A program made the translations under genes and the position numbers. This document shows positions 56,534 to 64,000 of a stretch of 64,000 nt of DNA, piece after piece; positions within the stretch are counted from its first letter, which is position 1, and each line of letters opens with the position of its first letter. The notes under the pieces were generated by a model. It saw only the letters and a program-made list of their open reading frames with translations, was not told where the DNA came from and did not search any database. The stretch is taken from IMG/VR virus record IMGVR_UViG_3300044800_000286; one strand, given 5' to 3'. Origin of the DNA: a virus.

Positions 56534-57456
56534 TGAGCCGCAGCACAATAAGCACCTTCGAGCTATTCGAGCGGTTCCCCGACGAGAAGTCCGCCCGGGC
56601 CTACATTGAACGCCGCCTGTGGAAGTGTGGCATCGTCTGCCCGAAGTGCGGCACGAAGGACAGCACGCCCCGCAAGGGCAGGAGGGGGTTCCACCTCTGC
56701 AATCCCTGCCGATTGGAATTCACGGTCAGGACGGGAACCATCTTCGGTCGCTCCCACGTGCCTCTGCATAAGTGGGTCTATGCGATGTACCTGCTCGTCA
56801 CAGCCCGCGAGGGCATTTCGTCTCTGCAACTGAGCAAAGAGATCGGCGTCAAGCAGCATACGGCATGGTTCATGCTCCAGAGGCTCAGGGAAGCGTGCGG
56901 GGCTAAGGTTGAGATGCTGCACGGCACCGTGGAGGCGGATGAGACGGTCATCGGAGGCTTGGAGGATAACAAGCACATGAGCGTCAGGCTCCGCAGGGGA
57001 GTCCCGCCAAAGACGGTCGTCATCGGGATGCGGGAACGGGGCGGCAGGACGGTTGCCAAGATTCTCCAGAGTCACGGCGGGACCGCAATTCGGAACGCCG
57101 TCACAGCCAGCGTGGGGTTGGGAACCCGCCTCATGGCGGACGAAAATCCCAGCTACACGAAACTGGGCAAGCAAGGCTACGAAGTCCAAACGGTCAAACA
57201 CGTCAAGGACGAGTATGTGCGGGGCGACGTGCACACGAACGGAATTGAATCTGTATGGGCCGTGATGAAGCGAGGATTGCACGGGGTCTACCATCACGCC
57301 AGCAAGAAGCATCTACAGCGATATATGGATGAGTTTGCGTTCAGGCTCAACGAAGGAAATGTTGGCAGGCATACTTTCGAGCGGCTGGACAGCTTGGTGG
57401 ACGCCGTGGCGGGGAAGCGGATTACTTACGAGGAGTTGACGGAAAATGCGGACTAG
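56533..57456 (+). CDS. IS1595-family DDE transposase
   Basis: Zn ribbon CPKCG..CNPC, GISSLQL, VEADET, MADE, HTNGIESVW, YMDEFAFRLN. Confidence 0.95.
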   Translation: MSRSTISTFELFERFPDEKSARAYIERRLWKCGIVCPKCGTKDSTPRKGRRGFHLCNPCRLEFTVRTGTIFGRSHVPLHKWVYAMYLLVTAREGISSLQLSKEIGVKQHTAWFMLQRLREACGAKVEMLHGTVEADETVIGGLEDNKHMSVRLRRGVPPKTVVIGMRERGGRTVAKILQSHGGTAIRNAVTASVGLGTRLMADENPSYTKLGKQGYEVQTVKHVKDEYVRGDVHTNGIESVWAVMKRGLHGVYHHASKKHLQRYMDEFAFRLNEGNVGRHTFERLDSLVDAVAGKRITYEELTENAD

Positions 57457-57483
57457 CCGCCTCCTTATTTGAGGTGAGAAACT

Positions 57484-57726
57484 ATGGAAGTATATTTGAA
57501 TGTTTCAATTGGATTGCCACCCGGTTGTGAAAAGCAATTTTGTCCCACTGAGCAATGCCAACAGAACTGCATCTTATCTGAAACAGATGTTGACAAATAT
57601 TTGAAGCTTGCGCGGGTGCATTTTCCAGAATTCGTCTGGGATAAGCTGCCCGAGGCAAAAGATTCACCGTTCAAAAAGTGGGTTGTTTTCGGTCAATCTA
57701 AACTGGCTGTGGACTTAAAGGGATAA
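57484..57726 (+). CDS. Hypothetical passenger protein
   Basis: Its stop codon is supplied by the right TIR. Confidence 0.5.
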   Translation: MEVYLNVSIGLPPGCEKQFCPTEQCQQNCILSETDVDKYLKLARVHFPEFVWDKLPEAKDSPFKKWVVFGQSKLAVDLKG

Positions 57727-57739
57727 TTCCCCTATTTTG

Positions 57740-58260
57740 GGGGATTATATACTTGAGTCCGCAAGCCTCGCAGCGTCCTGCATCGGCTTGAAGTGCCTTA
57801 AGGGTTCCCGCACTCCCCCATTTTAGGGGAGTCGAAGAGTATCATACCGCACCTTATGCTCTTCCACAACCGGACGAACCTGAGTCTCCCGAGGGTTGGT
57901 GGAGGACTTGCCTGTCTTAATCTCCAGAAAGACAATTTCTTTAAGCTGGCCTTCGTCCAAGCCGTCAAAAACGATGTAATCTCAACAACCTTTTCAACTT
58001 CAACAATCTTAGGAACCTCAACAACCTTCTCAACTTCAATAATCTTGGGTATCTCAACCAGATGAGGAACCTCGACAACGCGGGGAGGTGCCGTTTTCAG
58101 GCTTTGGTTCTTACGCCAAAGAACAACAACGGCGACTGTCAACGCCAAAATCACAATCCACTGAAGCATTGAGCTTAATACTGTTCGGGACTGGGAAATG
58201 GCTGTTGTGTATCGGAACTAGGGGTGTTTTGATGGTTGCGTACTCAAGTGTATAATTCCC
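57740..58260. mobile_element. Non-autonomous IS1595-type element (alternative right end at 60927-60951)
   Basis: IR GGGGATTATATACTTGAGTCCGCAA versus GGGAATTATACACTTGAGTACGCAA (22/25 identical). Confidence 0.7.
57823..58169 (-). pseudogene. Membrane-anchored Holliday-junction-resolvase-like endonuclease (Endonuc_Holl-type), frameshifted or internally deleted
   Basis: TM helix and VEVPKIVEV repeats. A different frame from ~57981 reads DYIVFDGLDEGQLKEIVFLEIKTGKSSTNPRETQVR. Confidence 0.7.
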
Positions 58261-58311
58261 TAAGTTTACGGGCAAAACACAACTACGGTCCTCCTGATTA
58301 GGGGGGCTACT

Positions 58312-60505
58312 ATGTTATTTATTGCGAAGTCCGGTGAGATCATACCCCTCACAGTGGATTGGAACGGTATTAAGGACTGCCCGACTTTTACGGTTCGAGA
58401 GGATCAGACGTTTGGTGAAGCAGCACATCTTTCAGAGTGTAATTGCGAGTTTCACCGCATGTGTCGCGGCGAAGATATATCGGGGGACCTTGATAGTTCA
58501 AAGAACTCCCTGATAACGAAAAACCTTTAATATCGTCCAACACAACCCATGCGGGACAGGGTTTAGGTTCTCGTGTTTTGCATTTTACACGTAAGGAATA
58601 AGCCATATCTGGGAATTGTACACCCATTCAACTCTAATTCTGCTCAGCCCAAAAAGCCGGGGCGATGCCCAACTCGTGGGCGGACTGGACGAGGACGCGC
58701 AAGGGGTGCTGCATAATGGAAGACCCAAAAGATCAAACCGAATTATTAAAACAAATCATCCGGCAGTTGGTCGCTCGCTGCGAGCAGCTTGACCTTGAGA
58801 ACGAGGCTTTCCACGCTTGGTTAAAGTCCGTAAAGTTTGGTTCCGTAAGCATTGGGGATAAACTTGATGAATCGTTTCGGCAATATTTTGACAGAGAAGT
58901 AAAAACCTCGGATCGTTTTCGGGTTTTAGTGCATCACAAATGGTCTGCCGTAACCGACGTTTTAGAGCACCGGTCGGATGAGACATCCTTGAAAAAGCTG
59001 CTTCAAGGGCTTCCGCCGAAAAAAGGGCAGTAGTTTTCTTATTTTTCTTATCCATCTTAATAGCCATGGGATTCCTCCGTAGTAGAAGCCTATAGTTGTA
59101 ATACTGAGAAAGGCCCACTATGACAGCTTATCCAAAACTCAGAATCGCTGTACTAGCAACCGTTCTACTTGCAGTCAGAAAATGAAATCTCAAATTACGG
59201 CAGCGACAGTTGGGGGCTTCTATGGGCACTGAAATCAAGGTCTGGGAAATCTCGGATAATCACGTAAAGGCCGTAGGAGATGCGGCTCTGGAGTCATCTG
59301 CATGACTCCCCTATTTTTTGAGGAAGTCCTACTGCTTGGAATGGTCGTACCCGATGTGCCGGGCTTCCGCCCCGCATTTGTGGTACCGGGTGCTGGTGTT
59401 GCCTTCGCGCGTGACAACCTTTCCGTCGCGCACCAGGTCGAAGAACTTCTCGCAGGCATCGCAGTAGAATCCCCACGTGCCGAAATCCCACGGCGTCGGG
59501 CTCGGATCGATGGGCTTCATGGCTGCTGTTCTCCTTTTTGAGGAATCTCAAACGGCTCGATCTGCTGGGTTTCAAGGTTGAAGCGGTCGAAGGAAATCCC
59601 CATGAGACGGCAGACTCCCACAAGCACCGGGCCGTCCAAGATTCCCCAATTTTCCGGGATAAAATCCGCCTCGCACTTCGGGCACCAGAGATGTTCCTTG
59701 TATTCCGACCAGTCGGGATCGGTGTGGCCGCAGCCGTGGAACGCTATCTCGTATTCTTTCGGGCGTTGGACGTATACCCAAGTGCGTTTTTCCAAAATCT
59801 CGCTCATTTTTTGCAACCGTTGTTGCAGTCAAATTCCGTGCCGATATACCACTGCTTGATCCAAGACAGGGGGACGTGGCCGTCTTTGTCCATTACTTTG
59901 CGGGGAATCTCGCCCCAGAATTTCTGGAACCGATACGAAGCCGAGGCGCGCACGGCGTCGAGTTCCTTGTTCAGCTTGCATCCACCGTCGTTGCTGAAGG
60001 CATGCTTGTGGCCGGGAATTTTGGGCGCTACGAAAGGCTTCATCGCCACCCTCCAACCGGCGCTCTTGCCTGCCGTGACGGCTTCCTCCATCGGCCCCTG
60101 AGGGTGCCCCTTCGGGCACATCCAGAAAGAGCCCCGCTGGCTGTCCGTGTTGAACATCTGGAGCGCCCGCCCGCATTTCACGCATTTCGGCCAGCAAGCG
60201 GCGTTCTCCAGACCGCAGGAGCACACGAATTTGATGCAGCTATGATCATCGCTGTGGCGGTAGCTCCGCTGCGCAGCGCGGTTGGCGGCGGCTTGGAGCC
60301 GGAGGAACCTCTTCTTGACTTGTGCCTTGGTCATGCGGTCGTTCAGGTGCCAGTCGTGCCACTGCCCGTTAGGGTGGCAGAGGCCGAAGTGCGCCTCGCC
60401 TTTGAACGTCCTCACGTATTCGAGCGCGGCCTTCAGCGTGGAGAAGTCGTAACCGTCGCAGAATACAGTCGGGGTGCTCACATACAGTTGGTATTTGTTG
60501 CTCAT
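58312..60505. CDS. Small hypothetical genes (58312-58530 +, ~58716-59033 +, 59329-59520 -, 59517-59816 -, 59804-60505 -)
   Basis: RBSs and translational coupling. Confidence 0.5.
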
Positions 60506-60545
60506 GGTTCCTTCCTAGAAAATGCTTTGACATCCTCCCCCGCAT

Positions 60546-60695
60546 TCATGCGGGGGATTCCTCCTTGGCGGAATAGTCTTGGGCCAAAAGTTGCTCTTCT
60601 GTCACGGGCACAGGAGGTTTGGGGTTTCTACTTTTGAGCCAGAGGTAAAAGCCGCCGAACACAAGAACAGCAAGAAGGATATCTATAAGAATCAC
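60546..60695 (-). CDS. 49-aa membrane peptide
   Basis: GAGGAG RBS; MILIDILLAVLVFGGFYLWLKSRN... Confidence 0.6.
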   Translation of the reverse strand: MILIDILLAVLVFGGFYLWLKSRNPKPPVPVTEEQLLAQDYSAKEESPA

Positions 60696-60702
60696 GGTCT
60701 CC

Positions 60703-60813
60703 TCACTTTGCCTTTTTCCACAAGTAGCGGATTAAGGCTACCATCAAAACAAGCGGCAGCCCAAAAACAACGAGGTAAAACAAAATCCCCAGCCCAAGCA
60801 TTAGATAAAGCAC
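60703..60813 (-). CDS. 36-aa membrane peptide
   Basis: GGAGGAG RBS; MLYLMLGLGILFYLVVFGLPLVLMVALIRYLWKKAK. Confidence 0.6.
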   Translation of the reverse strand: MLYLMLGLGILFYLVVFGLPLVLMVALIRYLWKKAK

Positions 60814-61096
60814 ATTCTTCTCCTCCCGCGGTTAGGACGCACTGAACTCAACCCTCCCGTGTAGTATACCACATTTGGGTAAAAGGCTACTACCCCAAGC
60901 CGTTGATTTGCTGGAGCTTCTGACGCTTGTGGACTCAAGCGTATAATTCCCCTATTTTCAAGTATTTTCAACACCCTAAAGTCGGCCTTACCCTGCCCTG
61001 AAGTGCAGGGCTTGCGGCCTCCACGGGTCAAAGCCGCAGTACGGGCAAGCCGACTCAAGGTCTTGGTCCCCCCGAGCGAGGACGAGCGGATCAGGG

Positions 61097-61705
61097 TCAG
61101 GCACGGGCTCCCTCCAATTTATTGGGGTGTTTCTTTTTCCATCGAGCCCTGGTTTGAGCAGCGTGCTGATTGAGATGCTTTTGACAGCAAGTTCTACCCC
61201 GTGTTGCTTGGGCCGGACAACGTGTGCACAAACCAACGGATATTCTTTCTTTGTAGGTTTTGGCTTTCTCTGCCTTCCTATGTTTTGTACACACTTGATT
61301 ATATCCTGTGCGTTGACTGCAGTTGCGATAGAACTTATCAACAGGGCGAAACTCATTACAATGACCGCACCAATTCATCCCAGCAGGAGCATCCTTGCGA
61401 TTAGGCCGCTTGCCGTTGGCAGCATTGCAAGAAAAATGCGAGAAAGCAATGTTGTCCAAATCCCAGTAAAGTTTTGAGTCAACATCACGCCATGCCTTTT
61501 TATGTTCAATGCTGAATTCTTTAACCTGCGTGATTTTGAAACCGCACCTAAAACAAGTATCTAAACCAAGACGCTTCGCCATACTGAACATCAGTAGCCG
61601 AGTGAGCTTATACGCCGCACGAGTAACCGGCATACCCAATTGCTGGCTGGCCTTGAGATGCTTAGAGTTCCTGCTCAAATACGGGGCTGCTTGTAGTAAA
61701 TCCAT
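61097..61705 (-). CDS. HNH-like endonuclease
   Basis: CFRCG...FSIEHKK...DLDNIAFSHFSCN. Confidence 0.8.
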   Translation of the reverse strand: MDLLQAAPYLSRNSKHLKASQQLGMPVTRAAYKLTRLLMFSMAKRLGLDTCFRCGFKITQVKEFSIEHKKAWRDVDSKLYWDLDNIAFSHFSCNAANGKRPNRKDAPAGMNWCGHCNEFRPVDKFYRNCSQRTGYNQVCTKHRKAEKAKTYKERISVGLCTRCPAQATRGRTCCQKHLNQHAAQTRARWKKKHPNKLEGARA

Positions 61706-61710
61706 AATTG

Positions 61711-62691
61711 TTAAGCACCGCCAAGAAATCGAGAGCCTTCTGTCAATTCAATCATCTGATATTGTGCCTTCAGCCGCTCTACGGTTTTTTTGAGTGATGT
61801 ACCGTATTTGTCCGCCACGACCAGAATGCTATTCATGCGCGGGATCATAGTGCAATTTTCCTGTGTAATATCCACGTCCCGCACGACTTCATATATGAGC
61901 TTTCGAGCGAAAAGTACCGTCTGCAAAATGTCCCCTCCGGATTTGGAGAAGAACGGATACGGGATGCCCTCAGCGTGAAACTCTATGCCTTTAGGGTTTG
62001 GGGGATCAGAGGGGGCGTAACACGCCATCGGCGGTGCATTAGGCCATGCCAAATACCAAACGGCCAATTCAGGAAGAACTTTAAGGTAACGATCCGCCCC
62101 AACCCCCAGCATGCTAAGGTTCATCGAATCGGCCAGCGCGGGCGTCTTGCCCTTGGGGCTCACTCTGAAAGAAATTTGCGGAGAAAATTGCGCTATGATT
62201 CTCAGCGCCTTAAGGGAGGAAACCGCCGTGTTGTAATTCTTCTGCTCTTCCGTGGCGACTTCCGCTTGCTTGACCATCTTTGCTTTGGATGCGAAGGGGT
62301 CAAGCTTTGCATCTTTTGGCCATGCTTCCTTCAATCGAGCGATTTCCTTCTCGGCGTCTCCGCTCTGGTACGCCATGCCATTGTACGTCTGGAGATTCAG
62401 CAGGACTTGGGAGTAGAGATTATAGTCGAGCAACGGATGGCTCGCCTTGAGAATCGCCAGCCTGTCGAAACCTGTGGGCTCCGTCTTCACGCCGGGGCCG
62501 CTCTCGTACCACGCCTCGCGCATGATGCCGTAAATGATCCCCTGCCAAAAATCAGTGCGTGAAAAAGGAAGCTGCTCGTAGTTTTTCTTGAATTCCGTTT
62601 CAAGGGTCGCCTCGGTATCAAAGGCGGCATTGATCCGGTCGCAGAACGTCTTGGCTACTTCGTCGTAGATTCTGGTGTCTTCTGATTGCAT
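61711..62691 (-). CDS. Hypothetical protein
   Basis: Long ORF with a GGAG RBS. Confidence 0.7.
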   Translation of the reverse strand: MQSEDTRIYDEVAKTFCDRINAAFDTEATLETEFKKNYEQLPFSRTDFWQGIIYGIMREAWYESGPGVKTEPTGFDRLAILKASHPLLDYNLYSQVLLNLQTYNGMAYQSGDAEKEIARLKEAWPKDAKLDPFASKAKMVKQAEVATEEQKNYNTAVSSLKALRIIAQFSPQISFRVSPKGKTPALADSMNLSMLGVGADRYLKVLPELAVWYLAWPNAPPMACYAPSDPPNPKGIEFHAEGIPYPFFSKSGGDILQTVLFARKLIYEVVRDVDITQENCTMIPRMNSILVVADKYGTSLKKTVERLKAQYQMIELTEGSRFLGGA

Positions 62692-62773
62692 AGATCGCAC
62701 TCCACTCTGGGCGCATACTCTTCGCCGCAGGACGGGCACATGTGCCCACTATCGTCGTAACCGATTGCCCAAC

Positions 62774-63103
62774 TCATTTGAGCTTCCCCCTCACCACCAC
62801 GGCAAGCTCCGCGAGGCAGTTGAAGAACGTGTCGTCCTCCCGCCCCTCGATCTCAAGCTGCTTGGAATAGACAAGGGCATCACATAGTTCTTGGTGGAGG
62901 TCGAGCATGGCATCTCGCCCGTTATGGGGCTTAAGCCGAACGCCATACTTACGTTCGCCAAGCCGGATGCGGGCCTCGATATCCTCCGCAAGCTCTGGAT
63001 GCCCCATCCTCCGGAGATCGGCCGCCGCCTCCGTGGCGACATCAATTCCGTTGCCCGTAGGCATCGGCTGCACCCGCGCTGCCAGTTCCGGGTCGTCTAA
63101 CAT
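62774..63103 (-). CDS. Hypothetical phage protein
   Basis: R..LGERKYG..L..HNGRDA..D.HQELCDALVY (MazG/dUTPase-like helical motif). Confidence 0.65.
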   Translation of the reverse strand: MLDDPELAARVQPMPTGNGIDVATEAAADLRRMGHPELAEDIEARIRLGERKYGVRLKPHNGRDAMLDLHQELCDALVYSKQLEIEGREDDTFFNCLAELAVVVRGKLK

Positions 63104-63109
63104 GCTGGT

Positions 63110-63694
63110 TTATTCCGCCCTTCCCGTATCCTTGAGGCTTTCTTTGTAAGCCTCCCACGCGGGCATCTTCTTCTGCATCTTCGCCTTCACCTGTTCAATA
63201 CTGACCGGGGCGAAATCCCACGCATCCACCCCAATATCGAACGAAAGCGAATGGTCCTCGGGAAGATTCGAGTGCGAGTGCCCGTAAATTTGCCAGCTTC
63301 CCTTGTGGCTGCCCGGCCAAGTTCTCATGGCGTAATGGCAAAGCGTGATCGGGGGTATGCCGTCTATCTTGGGCTTGATCGTCTCAAGATCATGCATCCA
63401 GACGAAACAAGTCGGATCGTGGCGGAACATTTCCTTCGCTACGCTGTCGTGGTTGCCGAGGATGTAGTAGAAGTTCCCCGTAAGGCGCTTGCGGAACCGC
63501 ATCGCTTCGTCCCATTTGATCTTGAGCGCGAGGTCGCCCAAAAAATAAACGAGGTCTCCGGGGCGGACTACGGCGTTGTGGCGGTCGGCGATGGCGGCAT
63601 GCATCTCGTCCAAGGACGAAAACGGGCGGCCTTTGCCCAGCGTCAATATGTTCCAATGTCCTATGTGGTAGTCGGCGGTGAACCAGATAGCCAT
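63110..63694 (-). CDS. Calcineurin-like metallophosphoesterase
   Basis: WFTADYHIGH, LGD, LGNHD, LCHY, GHSH. Confidence 0.93.
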   Translation of the reverse strand: MAIWFTADYHIGHWNILTLGKGRPFSSLDEMHAAIADRHNAVVRPGDLVYFLGDLALKIKWDEAMRFRKRLTGNFYYILGNHDSVAKEMFRHDPTCFVWMHDLETIKPKIDGIPPITLCHYAMRTWPGSHKGSWQIYGHSHSNLPEDHSLSFDIGVDAWDFAPVSIEQVKAKMQKKMPAWEAYKESLKDTGRAE

Positions 63695-63823
63695 CAGTTC
63701 TCCTTGGCTTCCTTCCGGAAGTCCTTTCCCTAATACTCCGGAAACGATCATAGCACAGCGACTGACACCCAATGTGTTGGTCGTCTTATAAATCGTAAAC
63801 AGCATTATTCCAATGAGCACGAT

Positions 63824-64000
63824 TCACAAATCATCCGCTCCAGCTTGTAGCCGTTCTCTCGCAGCAGCAGCATATTTGGCATTCAATTCGAATCCGATGA
63901 ACTTCCTTCCCGAATTCTTACAAGCAATTGCAGCACTAGCACTTCCAGCAAAACAATCAAGAACTAAATCTCCGGGCAACGAAGATTTGCGGATGAGTTT
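63824..64000 (-). CDS. N4/N6 DNA methyltransferase, C-terminal part (runs off the window)
   Basis: LIRKSSLPGDLVLDCFAGSASAAIAC...GRKFIGFELN. Confidence 0.88.
   Translation of the reverse strand, partial: KLIRKSSLPGDLVLDCFAGSASAAIACKNSGRKFIGFELNAKYAAAARERLQAGADDL

Larger units (their letters stand above)
54121..57731 (+). mobile_element. IS1595-family element with passenger genes
   Basis: TIRs GGGAACTACCCCTTTAAGTACACA / GGGAATTATCCCTTTAAGTCCACA; 8-bp direct repeat CTATTTTG at 54113-54120 and 57732-57739. Confidence 0.92.
60527..61026 (-). mobile_element. 500-bp non-autonomous IS605 derivative
   Basis: TTTGAC|CCGTGGAGGCCG-CAAG-hairpin (LE); GAAT-hairpin-TCAA (RE). Excision restores ...CPYCGFD-SIF*. 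Confidence 0.72.

Noticed and set aside
1-64000. CRISPR array / Cas system
   Set aside because: I found no regularly spaced direct repeats. The Cas4-like nuclease is an IS passenger and TnpB has ordinary IS605 ends.
1-64000. Stop-codon reassignment (alternative genetic code)
   Set aside because: Conserved genes are uninterrupted in code 11 and end in TAA, TAG and TGA; no suppressor tRNA was seen.

Overview
A 64-kb segment of a large (jumbo-type) tailed bacteriophage genome that uses the standard genetic code, with most genes on the minus strand. It encodes virion proteins (tail-fibre-like proteins, a ~1,490-aa repeat-rich protein, a portal), replication/recombination proteins (intein-containing family A DNA polymerase, DnaX-like clamp loader, SbcC-like C-terminal half), a NusG-like factor, an intein-containing AAA+ ATPase, about a dozen free-standing HNH/GIY-YIG endonucleases, IS200/IS605 and IS1595 elements and their remnants, and two tRNA operons grouped by amino acid (Pro x4 + Met x2; Tyr + all five Leu isoacceptors). 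The main discovery is that each tRNA operon is preceded by a sigma70-type promoter and a short leader ORF absent from the ORF track. Each leader carries exactly one codon per downstream isoacceptor class: CTA, TTA, TTG, CTG, CTT plus TAT/TAC in one, and CCA, CCG, CCC plus ATG in the other. Both overlap mutually exclusive RNA hairpins. This points to a ribosome-mediated attenuation system that turns on phage tRNA genes when the matching host tRNAs are depleted. Other observations include a composite IS605 with two right ends and cargo, IS1595-like ends at an identical offset from both tRNA promoters, 42-43-nt mini-tRNAs and other tRNA mimics, and a phage-specific AGTATTA promoter motif feeding leaderless genes. 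All family assignments come from motif recognition by eye; no database searches were run.
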